This document shows positions 11,953-21,998 of a stretch of DNA of 64,000 nucleotides, piece by piece; the first letter of the stretch is position 1, and every line of letters starts with the position of its first letter. This DNA is from Clostridia bacterium (GTDB lineage: Bacteria; Bacillota; Clostridia; Christensenellales; CAG-138), in NCBI GenBank assembly GCA_036652795.1, contig JAVVVD010000001.1, positions 159,363 through 223,362 of the forward strand. The letters run 5' to 3'. The notes under the pieces are model-generated. The model made no database searches, was not told the DNA's origin, and saw nothing but the letters and a program-made list of their open reading frames with translations. Position numbers and translations under genes: made by a program.

Positions 11953-12670
11953 TGTTCTGACGCTGTTTCCAGAGATGTTTTCAGACATATTGTCAAGCAG
12001 CATGTTGGGTCGCGCAGAGAAGAATGGCATAATGGAATACTCTGTGCATAATATTCGTGATTATTCGGAAAGCAAGCATCATAACACGGATGATTATCCG
12101 TTTGGCGGCGGTGCAGGTATGGTTATGATGCCGCAGCCGATATTTAGCTGCCTTGACGCGGTTGATCAGGATAAAAGTGCATATTGCGTATGCATGTCGC
12201 CACGCGGTGAAAAGCTTACCACGGCGCTTGCGGCAGAGCTTGCGCAAAAGCCAAGGCTGCTGCTGCTGTGCGGCCACTATGAGGGCATAGATGAGCGTGT
12301 GATGACGCGTATGCACCGCGAGGTGTCAATAGGCGACTATGTACTTACCGGCGGCGAACTGCCGGCAATGGTGCTTATAGACTGTGTAAGCCGCTTTGTA
12401 CCTGGTGTGCTTGGCAGTGATGAATCCGCAGTGCAGGAATCATTTTATGATGGATTATTGGAATACCCACAGTACACGCGGCCGGCAGAATTTTGCGGCA
12501 TGAATGTGCCTGAGGTGCTGCTTGGCGGCAATCATGCGGAAATAGCAAAATGGCGCAGGGCAGAATCGCTAAAAAAGACGCTTGCTATGCGGCCCGAGCT
12601 GTTAAACGGAATTACGATTACTGATAAAGAGCATAGTATGCTCAAAAGTTACAATCCCAATGAGAAATAA
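11942..12670 (+). CDS. trmD: tRNA (guanine37-N1)-methyltransferase TrmD
   Basis: (L/M)RIDVLTLFPEMF start, then HNTDDYPFGGGAGMVM and GHYEGIDERV. The likely TTG start at 11942 overlaps the rimM stop; the ORF track gives 11918. Confidence 0.9.
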   Translation: MRIDVLTLFPEMFSDILSSSMLGRAEKNGIMEYSVHNIRDYSESKHHNTDDYPFGGGAGMVMMPQPIFSCLDAVDQDKSAYCVCMSPRGEKLTTALAAELAQKPRLLLLCGHYEGIDERVMTRMHREVSIGDYVLTGGELPAMVLIDCVSRFVPGVLGSDESAVQESFYDGLLEYPQYTRPAEFCGMNVPEVLLGGNHAEIAKWRRAESLKKTLAMRPELLNGITITDKEHSMLKSYNPNEK

Positions 12671-12683
12671 GGCATAAAATGCC

Positions 12684-12712
12684 TTGCAATGGCACTTAAG
12701 CTGTGCTATAAT
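12684..12712 (+). promoter_or_regulatory. sigma-A type promoter for rplS
   Basis: TTGCAA (12684-12689), a 17-nt spacer, then TATAAT (12707-12712). Confidence 0.65.
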
Positions 12713-12786
12713 CACGTTCGTGACACCGGACGGTCCAATGTGAGCGGATGCTTTCACGAACGTCTATGAGGAAGGAGAAGTCAAAA
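12713..12786 (+). promoter_or_regulatory. structured 5' leader of rplS (candidate L19 ribosomal-protein leader)
   Basis: A long hairpin ACGTTCGTGA...TCACGAACGT encloses about 50 nt immediately before the RBS GGAAGGAG. Firmicutes rplS is known to carry an autoregulatory L19 leader. Not verified against a covariance model. Confidence 0.4.
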
Positions 12787-13140
12787 ATGGCTGATATCAT
12801 TAGAGAACTCGAAAAAGAACAATTGCGCACCGACTTACCTAAGTTGCAGGTAGGTGACAATGTACGCGTATTCGTAAAGGTTGTAGAAGGCGCAAGAGAG
12901 AGGCTGCAGAACTTTGAAGGTACTGTAATAAAGATGCAGGGCGGCGGTATACGCAAGACTTTCACCGTGCGCAGAATTTCTTATGGCGTTGGTGTCGAAA
13001 GGACATTTCCGTATAACAGCCCACGCATAGGGCGCATCGAAGTGGTTCGCCACGGCCGTGTGCGCAGAGCTAAGCTGTATTATCTGCGCGACAGAGTTGG
13101 TAAAGCTGCCAAAGTTGTTGAGCGCATGCAGGAAAAATAA
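12787..13140 (+). CDS. rplS: 50S ribosomal protein L19
   Basis: [35 protein letters not shown]... Confidence 0.93.
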   Translation: MADIIRELEKEQLRTDLPKLQVGDNVRVFVKVVEGARERLQNFEGTVIKMQGGGIRKTFTVRRISYGVGVERTFPYNSPRIGRIEVVRHGRVRRAKLYYLRDRVGKAAKVVERMQEK

Positions 13141-13220
13141 ATTAACAACAGTGATAGATTACCCCCGGATGCCAAGCTGTTTGGCTGAAGGGGGTTTGTC
13201 ATAGTTATGGAGGAAAATAT

Positions 13221-14093
13221 TTGGTAATCCAATGGTATCCCGGGCATATGGCTAAGGCACGCCGCATGCTTTTGGAAAATCTAAAACTTATAGATGTGGT
13301 AGTGGAATTGGTAGATGCGCGCGCTCCGCTATCCACACGCAACCCGGACTTCGACGACCTGTTTGCCCAGAAGGAACGGGTAATAGTGCTGAACAAAAGT
13401 GATCTTGCCGCGCCGGCCGAAACGAAAAAATGGCTTCAATATTATTCGGATCTGGGCTTTACAGCGGTCGAATTTGTATCCACAGACTCGGCAAAACGCA
13501 AGCTGGCGATAGAGCTTATCGATGGTGCTGCCGCAGAAAAGGTAGCAAGGCTAAAACAAAAGGGTATAGCTAAAACGGTACGTGCGATGGTGGTAGGCAT
13601 ACCCAATGTTGGTAAATCCACATTTATAAACCGGGTAGCGGGAATTAACCGCACACAGGTTGGTGACAAACCAGGAGTTACGCGCGGAAAGCAATGGGTT
13701 AAAATAACGCCTTATCTTGAACTAATGGATACGCCAGGTTTATTGTGGCCAAAGCTGGAGAATGAAGCGCTTGCAAAGCATGTGGCATATATCGGCTCTA
13801 TAAAGGATGATATAATGGATGTGGAGCAGCTTGCAGGAGATCTACTCTTCGAGTTGATGAAGTTATGTCCGCAGAATGTGATTGCACGCTACAAGTGCAT
13901 TAAAAACGATATGCAGCCGCAGGAGCTTCTTTGTGCCGTATGCCAAAGCCGTGGCTTTTTGCTTAGCGGGAATATGCATGATACAGACCGTGCGTCCAGA
14001 ATAGTGATGGATGAATACAGGGCGGGTAAAATTGGGCGAACAACGCTTGACAAAATTGAATATGTGGCGGCAAAAGATGCAGAAACAAAGTGA
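13221..14093 (+). CDS. rbgA: ribosome biogenesis GTPase A
   Basis: IQWYPGHMAKA plus circularly permuted GTPase motifs (NKSDL ... GIPNVGKST). TTG start with a GGAGG RBS. Confidence 0.9.
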   Translation: MVIQWYPGHMAKARRMLLENLKLIDVVVELVDARAPLSTRNPDFDDLFAQKERVIVLNKSDLAAPAETKKWLQYYSDLGFTAVEFVSTDSAKRKLAIELIDGAAAEKVARLKQKGIAKTVRAMVVGIPNVGKSTFINRVAGINRTQVGDKPGVTRGKQWVKITPYLELMDTPGLLWPKLENEALAKHVAYIGSIKDDIMDVEQLAGDLLFELMKLCPQNVIARYKCIKNDMQPQELLCAVCQSRGFLLSGNMHDTDRASRIVMDEYRAGKIGRTTLDKIEYVAAKDAETK

Positions 14094-14709
14094 ATCGGAG
14101 CGACTGCTTGCTATAACAGAATACGAAAAAGAATATTGGAATCTTGGAATATTGCCGGCTGGAATGGATGAGGTTGGCAGAGGTCCACTTGCGGGGCCAG
14201 TAGTAGTTGGGTGCGTTATACTTCCAGCTCAACCGCTTATAGAGTATATAAATGATTCCAAAAAAGTAAGCGAAAAGCGCAGAGAGCTGTTGTATCCGCG
14301 CATAAAAGAGCTTGCTGTGGCCTGCGCCACGGGATGGATTGATGAAAAGACAATAGATGAAATCAACATACTAAATGCCATTAAACTGGCATGTAAGCAG
14401 GCGTTTTATGGTATGAAACATGAATGCAGGCATGTGCTGATAGACGCTCTTAGCGGGCTTGATATCGCGGCGGAGCAGATTGCGATAATACATGGTGATG
14501 CAAAAAGCTATCTTATTGCCGCCGCATCGATATTCGCAAAGGTAGAGCGGGATAGATACATGATAAAGATGCACGAGGTGTATCCGCAATATGGCTTCGA
14601 TAAAAATAAGGGCTATGGCACTGCACAGCATATCGCTGCGTTGCGCGAATATGGTCCGTGTCCGCTGCATCGCAGGAGCTTTATAGGTAATTTCATAGGT
14701 GAAGCTTGA
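14077..14709 (+). CDS. rnhB: ribonuclease HII
   Basis: AGMDEVGRGPLAGPVV catalytic motif. The start is uncertain: ATG 14077 is chosen to limit overlap with rbgA, while the ORF track gives 14011. Confidence 0.85.
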   Translation: MQKQSESERLLAITEYEKEYWNLGILPAGMDEVGRGPLAGPVVVGCVILPAQPLIEYINDSKKVSEKRRELLYPRIKELAVACATGWIDEKTIDEINILNAIKLACKQAFYGMKHECRHVLIDALSGLDIAAEQIAIIHGDAKSYLIAAASIFAKVERDRYMIKMHEVYPQYGFDKNKGYGTAQHIAALREYGPCPLHRRSFIGNFIGEA

Positions 14710-15062
14710 TGTATAACAAATGTGAATCAGGCGCATACGGTGAGCAACTGGCAAAAGAGTATTTAGAACGCGCGGGATATACGTTGCTGAAAGCAAATTA
14801 CCGCGCGCTTAGATGTGAAATTGATCTTATCATGCTGGATGAAGATGCGGTTGTATTTGTTGAGGTGAAAGCGCGCCATAAAAGCATCTATGGCTTAGGG
14901 CGCGAGGCAGTTACCAAGGCGAAGCAGCGCAACATAATAAAAGCGGCTTCATATTATCTTCAAATAAACGGATGGTTTGAGCGAAATGTGCGCTTCGATG
15001 TTGCTGAGGTGGATCTCGACATAAATCATGTGTTTCATATCAAAAATGCATTCACATTATAA
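14706..15062 (+). CDS. yraN: YraN family endonuclease (UPF0102)
   Basis: 118 aa with GE..A..YL...GY and EIDLI...VFVEVKAR motifs. Conserved position after rnhB. Confidence 0.82.
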   Translation: MMYNKCESGAYGEQLAKEYLERAGYTLLKANYRALRCEIDLIMLDEDAVVFVEVKARHKSIYGLGREAVTKAKQRNIIKAASYYLQINGWFERNVRFDVAEVDLDINHVFHIKNAFTL

Positions 15063-15143
15063 ATAAACTTTTTATGGCAATATGTGGCAATACTATAAAT
15101 TGTGGTATCATATCAGTAATGTTAAAGTTACTAGTGAGGTAGT

Positions 15144-18100
15144 ATGCGCAAATTATTGGCTGTGAGCGTAATGCTGATTGTGCTATTAGGTGCTGCAACG
15201 GCATTTGCCACACCTAATAGTGATCTAATTGAAAACGGATCATTTGATGCCACTGCGGCAGGAGAGCTGCCGGACGGGTGGTATTTTGATGCGTGGCTCA
15301 AAGAAACGTCTGATGCTGCATTGAATATGGACAACGGGCGTACAGGCATGGCAGTACATATCATTAATTATATTGAAAATGACGTGCGCCTGTGTCGCAA
15401 TATAGAGGTAGAGGGCAATTCATATTACCGTATTTCATGCTATATCAAAACAGCTGGTGTAACGGGTGGAGCAGGAGCCAATATATCCGTGGCGGATACG
15501 CTTGCAGCATCGACGGCACGGCTGAACGACAGTGATTGGGAATACGTTGAGCTTATCGGTAAAACAGAGAAAAAACAAAATTCGATAGTGGTTTGCCTAA
15601 GGATTGGCGGCTATGGTGCGCTAAGCCTTGGCGAGGCATGGTTCGATGATTTTAATGTAGTAAAACTAGATAATAAGCCCATGGGTGAGGTTGCCGATTT
15701 TTCCAAGGTGGAGTATCAGGCGCAACAGCAACCGGAACAGGGTAAAATGCCGTATATAGGCGCTATAGTCTTGACGCCGCTACTGTTTATTGTGGTGTTT
15801 ATCATGGTCTATAAGCGACTAATGCACACGAGCATGGCGGTGCATACAAAAAATGAAGAGTACAGGAATATCACAATAATCCTGTGTGCGTCTTTTTTGC
15901 TGAGATGTCTGCTGTCGCTAACAATATACGGGCATCCAACGGATATACAGTGCTTTATGTCATGGTCAAATGCGCTGGTGGAAAATGGACTTTCGTCATT
16001 CTATACGTCTGGAATGTTTGCTGACTATACGCCTGGGTATATGTATGTGCTATGGCTTACCGGTGCTATATCAAAGCTTTTAGGGTTTGCATACGGCGAC
16101 GCCGGATATGTGCTGCTTACGAAGCTGCCGGCCATATTGGCTGATATTATGGCCGCATATGTTGTATATAAATTGGCGCGCAAGAGGTTTTCATATAACG
16201 TATCAATGCTATTGATGCTCTTTTGTGCGTTTAACCCGGTTATGGCATTTGTTTCAGGCGGCTGGGGTCAAATAGATCAGGTGCTTGCGGTGCTGCTGCT
16301 GGCTACAATATATCTTTTTGTAGAAAAAAAACAAGTCTTGGCCGGACTTATATACGGCTTGGCCATATTGGTTAAGCCGCAGGCGCTTATGATAGGGCCG
16401 CTTATGGCCGTTGCATATGTTCTGTACATACATGATAATGGATGGAAAGGCTTGCTTAAAACCATCGCGGCGGTATTATCAGCAGTAGGCGTGATATGGC
16501 TGCTCTCATTGCCATTCAAATCCACACAGGAGCCACTGTGGATTGTAAATAAATATTTTGATACGGCATCGTCATATCCATATGCCAGTGTTGAGGCATA
16601 TAATCTGTTTGCGCTTTTTGGCGGCAACTGGGCAAATGTAAACAGCACATTTTTGATTTTTTCATATGGACAATGGGGTACTGTGCTCATGGGAGCGGCA
16701 GTGGTTTTTACTGCAATATTATATATATATGGGAGAAAAGCGGAGCCGCATTGCCTTATGCTGTGCGCAGGATATTTGTTGTGTGCGCTGTTCATAGTAG
16801 GCCAATATATGCACGAGCGCTATATGTTTCCGGCGCTGCTGCTGCTGCTTGTTGCGTTCATATTCTATAATGATAAGCGACTGTATCTCACCTATGGGTT
16901 TTTATCCGCGTCGCTACTGCTAAACGTATTGGGTGCATTCGTTATAGTAAGCAGGCAGGATGCAAGGGAAGGCGTGTACAATGCGCTTACCTACATAGGC
17001 TCGTTGCTCAACATAATGGGATATGGATATTTTACATATGTATGCTGCGATATAATATTCAAAAAACGGCGTATACCGGTGGAAAAGCAAACTAAGGCCG
17101 CAACCGTAGTGCAGGCGGAAAAACTCGAATATAATTTGCCGCAGCCTGTCGATAACAAGTTGCATTACACAAAAAAAGATAGGTTGTATTGCATAGCACT
17201 CACAGCAATATATGCAGTAGTGGCACTTGTTAATCTTGGCACACTGCAAGCACCGCAGACTACGTGGTATGGCAATTATGGCGATGTGGTGAGTGTGGAG
17301 CTTGAAGATGATGCTGTGCTTTCGGATATCTGGATATTTGGCGGCATGTATACAGGTAGCATTACAATCACAGCGGACGATGGCACTACAATAGATTACA
17401 AACAGGATAACGGCGATATGTTCCGTTGGATAAGCATCGGTGGCAGCGAGGTGCGATCAAAGAGCTTTACGATAGAGGTTACTGATGGCAGCGTATGGAT
17501 CAATGAACTTGCCTTTTTTGGTGCGGACGGCAAATTATTGAGCGCATCGGCATCATCAGCAATAGAACTGACGGATGAGCCGGATCAGATACCGGATCAT
17601 ATGTCCTACATCAATGGAATGTATTTTGACGAGCTGTATCATGCGCGCACCGCCTATGAGCATCTGCATGGAATACAACCATACGAAAATTCGCACCCGC
17701 CGCTTGGCAAGGTGTTTATAATGCTTGGTATAGCAATATTCGGTATGAACGCGTTTGGATGGCGTATAATTGGTACGTTGTTTGGAATAGGCATGGTGCC
17801 GGTTATGTATGCATTTGCAAAACGATTGTTCAAACGAAGCGAATATGCGTTGCTGGTGTCTGTACTATTTGCGTTTGATTTTATGCACTTTACACAAACG
17901 CGCATTGCCACTATAGATGTTTATGGCGTGTTTTTCATTATACTGATGTTCTATTATATGTATCAGTATTATTGCATGAACTTCTATGTGGATGGCCTGA
18001 AAAAAACGCTTAAACCGCTTTCGCTTGCAGGCGTATTCTTCGGCTTGGGTGCGGCAAGTAAATGGATATGCATATATGCGGGATTTGGTTTGGCGGCGCT

Positions 18101-18863
18101 GCTGACCATTTCGCTGATAAAGCGCTATATCGAATATAGACGGTTCAAAAACTCGGCGGATGCGGGAGCAGCGGCGGCGGTGGCACCATTTTATAAGTAT
18201 CTTATACTTACGCTGTTGTGGTGTTGCGTATTCTACATAGCAGTACCAGTGGGGATATATTTGCTTGCGTATATGCCGTATTATCTTTGCCAAAACCCCT
18301 ACGATGTTAAAGGCGTATGGGAGGTGCAGAAGTTTATGTTCTCATATCATAGCGGACTTACCGATACACACCCATACGAATCACCATGGTGGCAATGGCC
18401 GCTTAACCTTAGACCAATGTGGTACTATGTTGGCTATGACACGGCCGCTGGAAATATCTCCACTATCTCCGCTATGGGAAATCCTGCGGTGTGGTGGCCT
18501 TGTCTTGTGGGAACAATAGCACTTATGATACAGCTGCTGCGCGGGAAGCTAAAAAATGATGACAATATAACCGTGTTGCTAATTGGTATCGCGGCAAACT
18601 ATGTGCCATGGGTACTCGTACCACGATGCACATTCGTGTATCATTACTTTGCAACAGTACCGTTTATAATATTGTGTACTGTATATATGCTCAAACGCAT
18701 CGAGGAGACAACTGCGCGGCATGGCTGGATAAAATGGGCATGGATGGGGCTTGCCATAGCCATGTTTATATTGTTCTATCCGGTTATATCTGGAGCAGAA
18801 TGCTCACGCAAGCTTGTTAACATGCTGGAATGGCTGCCAACATGGACATTTATGGGAAAGTGA
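15144..18863 (+). CDS. multidomain membrane glycosyltransferase: signal peptide, CBM-like domain, GT-C polytopic domain, discoidin-like beta-sandwich and a PMT/GT39-like domain
   Basis: 1239 aa. The N-terminal segment NGSFDATAAGELPDGWYFD resembles a carbohydrate-binding module. Two separate polytopic blocks follow. The second carries YFDELYHARTAYEHL and HPYESPWWQWPLNLRPMWYY, typical of protein O-mannosyltransferase-like (PMT) enzymes. Confidence 0.75.
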   Translation: MRKLLAVSVMLIVLLGAATAFATPNSDLIENGSFDATAAGELPDGWYFDAWLKETSDAALNMDNGRTGMAVHIINYIENDVRLCRNIEVEGNSYYRISCYIKTAGVTGGAGANISVADTLAASTARLNDSDWEYVELIGKTEKKQNSIVVCLRIGGYGALSLGEAWFDDFNVVKLDNKPMGEVADFSKVEYQAQQQPEQGKMPYIGAIVLTPLLFIVVFIMVYKRLMHTSMAVHTKNEEYRNITIILCASFLLRCLLSLTIYGHPTDIQCFMSWSNALVENGLSSFYTSGMFADYTPGYMYVLWLTGAISKLLGFAYGDAGYVLLTKLPAILADIMAAYVVYKLARKRFSYNVSMLLMLFCAFNPVMAFVSGGWGQIDQVLAVLLLATIYLFVEKKQVLAGLIYGLAILVKPQALMIGPLMAVAYVLYIHDNGWKGLLKTIAAVLSAVGVIWLLSLPFKSTQEPLWIVNKYFDTASSYPYASVEAYNLFALFGGNWANVNSTFLIFSYGQWGTVLMGAAVVFTAILYIYGRKAEPHCLMLCAGYLLCALFIVGQYMHERYMFPALLLLLVAFIFYNDKRLYLTYGFLSASLLLNVLGAFVIVSRQDAREGVYNALTYIGSLLNIMGYGYFTYVCCDIIFKKRRIPVEKQTKAATVVQAEKLEYNLPQPVDNKLHYTKKDRLYCIALTAIYAVVALVNLGTLQAPQTTWYGNYGDVVSVELEDDAVLSDIWIFGGMYTGSITITADDGTTIDYKQDNGDMFRWISIGGSEVRSKSFTIEVTDGSVWINELAFFGADGKLLSASASSAIELTDEPDQIPDHMSYINGMYFDELYHARTAYEHLHGIQPYENSHPPLGKVFIMLGIAIFGMNAFGWRIIGTLFGIGMVPVMYAFAKRLFKRSEYALLVSVLFAFDFMHFTQTRIATIDVYGVFFIILMFYYMYQYYCMNFYVDGLKKTLKPLSLAGVFFGLGAASKWICIYAGFGLAALLTISLIKRYIEYRRFKNSADAGAAAAVAPFYKYLILTLLWCCVFYIAVPVGIYLLAYMPYYLCQNPYDVKGVWEVQKFMFSYHSGLTDTHPYESPWWQWPLNLRPMWYYVGYDTAAGNISTISAMGNPAVWWPCLVGTIALMIQLLRGKLKNDDNITVLLIGIAANYVPWVLVPRCTFVYHYFATVPFIILCTVYMLKRIEETTARHGWIKWAWMGLAIAMFILFYPVISGAECSRKLVNMLEWLPTWTFMGK

Positions 18864-18885
18864 CTAAGGGAAAAGGTGAAAATGT

Positions 18886-19302
18886 ATGGTGAAAACACGG
18901 GATGCGGATGTTAAAAACAGTGTGATGCAGTTTGTTAAGTTTAATCTAGTGGGAGTGATAAACAGCGCAGTCGACTTTGGCATATATACGCTGCTAACCC
19001 TGCTGGGACTTAACTACATAATATCACAGGTTATATCGTATAGTTGCGGTGTGGCAAACAGCTATCTGTGGAATTCAAGTTGGACGTTCAAAGAGCAGCG
19101 CAAACGTAATTGGCGCGAGATAGCGCTATTTATACTTGTAAATCTGGTGGCGCTTGGCACATCCACACTGGCGCTGTATATTTGTCGTGAGAAGTTTAAC
19201 GTGCAAAACGAGCTTCTATGCAAGCTTATATCGATGCCATGCGCGATAATAGTCAACTTTTTTGGTAATAAGCTGATCGTATTCAATGATAATAAGCATT
19301 AA
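18886..19302 (+). CDS. GtrA family membrane protein
   Basis: 138 aa with four predicted TM helices. FVKFNLVGVINSAVDFGIYTLL is a typical GtrA N-terminus. Confidence 0.8.
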   Translation: MVKTRDADVKNSVMQFVKFNLVGVINSAVDFGIYTLLTLLGLNYIISQVISYSCGVANSYLWNSSWTFKEQRKRNWREIALFILVNLVALGTSTLALYICREKFNVQNELLCKLISMPCAIIVNFFGNKLIVFNDNKH

Positions 19303-19324
19303 TAACAACGCGTAAACAGGGGGG

Positions 19325-20857
19325 ATGCGGGTGCTGGCCAAGGTGAATAGCTACGGGCTCAACGGACTTAACGGGATAGCCATTACAGTGGAGGTGGACG
19401 TATCAGGGGGACTGCCATCGTACGAAACTGTGGGGCTGCCAGATGCTGCTGTGCGTGAATCAAAAGAACGGGTACGGGCCGCAATACGCAATAGCAATTT
19501 TGATTTTCCAATGAGCCGCATCACGGTGAGTTTGGCGCCTGCCGATATGCGCAAGGAAGGATCAATATATGATCTGCCGATTGCAGTGGGCATATTGGCG
19601 GCCACAGGGCAGATAGACAAACAAAGACTTGATCGCATTATACTAGGTGAGCTGGCGCTGGACGGCGGTGTACGGGAGATAGCCGGAGTATTGCCAATGA
19701 TGATAGGCGCGCGCGCTGAGGGCAAAACACATGTTGTGCTTCCGGCTGGCAATGCAGCGGAGGCAGCGTATGTAGAAGATCTTAATATTATACCGGTTAC
19801 AACCCTATCGCAGCTTACGGCATTTTTGAACAGACAGCAGGATATTGAGCAATATCCGTTCATTCCTTGGGACAAACACGGTGTAACGTATCAAACGGAT
19901 TTTTCAGATATAAAAGGGCAGCAGGGCGCGAAACGCGCCGCACAGGTTGCGGTGGCAGGCGGACATCATATGCTGCTGGTAGGAACGCCGGGCTCAGGTA
20001 AAACCATGCTCGCCCGCGCCATTCCTGGTATTTTGCCTGAACTGACACTGGATGAGGCGCTTTCTATAACACGTATTCATTCAATCGTTGGTGCCACAAA
20101 AGGCAGCGGCGGTATAATAACGGAGCGCCCATTTCGCGCACCGCATCATTCGGCATCCACTGTGGCGCTGGTTGGAGGTGGCAGCAGGGCGCTGCCAGGC
20201 GAAATAAGTCTCGCACATTACGGGGTATTGTTCCTGGACGAGTTTCCCGAATTCAGGCGCGATGCACTAGAGTCTCTGCGCCAGCCGTTGGAGGATGGCT
20301 GTGTTAACGTAAGCCGTGCCAATTCACGCAGCACATATCCAGCGGAATTTATGCTGGTTGCAGCGATGAACCCATGCCCATGCGGGAACTTTGGTTCGCG
20401 TATTAACGAGTGCAGATGCACACCGTTTGCCATACAGCGATACAGGAGCCGCATAAGTGGCCCAATGCTGGACAGGATAGATATCCATGTTGAAATGACA
20501 GAGGTTGGCTATGGAGATATGACAGCCAAGAGTAAGGGCGAAAGCTCCGAGAGCATACGAAACCGTGTAAATGCAGCCCGTATGATACAACGCAAAAGAT
20601 ATATGGAGGATGGGATTTTATTCAACGCACAGCTTACAAACAAACTAATACAAAGATACTGTATGCCTGATGCAGACGGCGCTGCATTGCTTAAAAAGGC
20701 GTTTGAATCGCTCAAATTGAGTGCACGTGCGTACAATCGTATACTTAAGGTGGCACGTACAATAGCGGATATGGATGAAGCGCAGAGCGTAGGCGCGGAT
20801 CATATTGCCGAAGCGGTGCAATACCGAAGTGTGGACGGCAAGTATTGGGGAGATTAG
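19325..20857 (+). CDS. comM: YifB/ComM family Mg-chelatase-like ATPase
   Basis: Lon-protease-like N-domain, Walker A GTPGSGKTM, LFLDEFPEF and a C-terminal Mg-chelatase domain. Confidence 0.9.
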   Translation: MRVLAKVNSYGLNGLNGIAITVEVDVSGGLPSYETVGLPDAAVRESKERVRAAIRNSNFDFPMSRITVSLAPADMRKEGSIYDLPIAVGILAATGQIDKQRLDRIILGELALDGGVREIAGVLPMMIGARAEGKTHVVLPAGNAAEAAYVEDLNIIPVTTLSQLTAFLNRQQDIEQYPFIPWDKHGVTYQTDFSDIKGQQGAKRAAQVAVAGGHHMLLVGTPGSGKTMLARAIPGILPELTLDEALSITRIHSIVGATKGSGGIITERPFRAPHHSASTVALVGGGSRALPGEISLAHYGVLFLDEFPEFRRDALESLRQPLEDGCVNVSRANSRSTYPAEFMLVAAMNPCPCGNFGSRINECRCTPFAIQRYRSRISGPMLDRIDIHVEMTEVGYGDMTAKSKGESSESIRNRVNAARMIQRKRYMEDGILFNAQLTNKLIQRYCMPDADGAALLKKAFESLKLSARAYNRILKVARTIADMDEAQSVGADHIAEAVQYRSVDGKYWGD

Positions 20858-20860
20858 CAT

Positions 20861-21970
20861 ATGGAATACGGAGCGCATGAAAGATATTTGCTATGGCTTA
20901 GCTTTGTTACAGAATGCTATCCGGCAAGATATTACGGGCTGCTGGATACGTATAAAGGTGGCGCAGAAGAGGTGTTCCAAGCTGCTGCAACCAATAAACT
21001 TGACGTTTGTGCGCATTGTGGTGCGGCGCATATAAAAAATATATGTGAAAAAGCATCTGAGGGATATATCGATAGATGCCTTGAGTATATGCGAAAAAAA
21101 CATATCGATGCAGTAAGCTTTGGCTCAATTGGGTATCCGATTCTGCTTTCAGAAATAAGCGATCCGCCGCCGGTGTTGTTTGTGCGCGGCATGATCAAAA
21201 TGAATATACAAATGCCCATAGCTGTTATCGGCAGCCGCAAATGCACAGATTACGGTAAGCGCACAGCTGAGCTGCTTTCAAGAGAGCTTTCTGAGCGTGG
21301 GGCATGCATAATATCAGGGTTGGCATATGGTATTGACTGCATTGCGTCAAAAAGTGCACTTGATGCTAAAGATAATGAGTACCCAACGGTGGCGGTGCTT
21401 GGTAGCGGGGTAGACGTAATATATCCAAAGAGCAATGCGCGGCTATACTCTGCAATTGTGGAAAGGGGCGCAGTGATATCAGAGTTTTTGCCTGGCGCAC
21501 AGCCGGAACGCTATAATTTCCCGCGCAGGAATCGTATAATTAGCGGAATTTCGCGCGGCGTAGTTGTGGTGGAGGCTGCAAAAACAAGCGGAACATCTAT
21601 AACCGTTGGACATGCATTGGATCAGGGTCGTGATGTGTTTGCTGTGCCAGGTAGGATAAACGACCAGATGAGCGAAGGAACAAATGCGCTTATAGCCCAA
21701 GGACATGCAAAATGTGTGCTTTGCACACAGGATATAATTGATGAATATGGCGGTGAATTTAAGAGAAAAGACGCTGCCATGCGAATCGACGAAACCGTGC
21801 TAAACTATGAACAAACGCTGCTGATACGGCTGCTTACGGCAGGCGAACGCAGCTTTGATGAGCTGTGCGAGCTTACGGGGCTTTCGGCTGCAAAACTAAA
21901 TTCCACCTTGACAGGGATGGAGTTTTCGGGAATAATTAAGCAATCGCCCGGCAGAATGTACGAATTATAG
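20861..21970 (+). CDS. dprA: DNA processing protein DprA
   Basis: Rossmann-like DprA core (IAVIGSRKCTDYG ... SGLAYGID ... FPRRNRIISG) and a C-terminal winged helix. Confidence 0.9.
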   Translation: MEYGAHERYLLWLSFVTECYPARYYGLLDTYKGGAEEVFQAAATNKLDVCAHCGAAHIKNICEKASEGYIDRCLEYMRKKHIDAVSFGSIGYPILLSEISDPPPVLFVRGMIKMNIQMPIAVIGSRKCTDYGKRTAELLSRELSERGACIISGLAYGIDCIASKSALDAKDNEYPTVAVLGSGVDVIYPKSNARLYSAIVERGAVISEFLPGAQPERYNFPRRNRIISGISRGVVVVEAAKTSGTSITVGHALDQGRDVFAVPGRINDQMSEGTNALIAQGHAKCVLCTQDIIDEYGGEFKRKDAAMRIDETVLNYEQTLLIRLLTAGERSFDELCELTGLSAAKLNSTLTGMEFSGIIKQSPGRMYEL

Positions 21971-21998
21971 CGGCCGGATTTACATCGGAGGTAGATTA

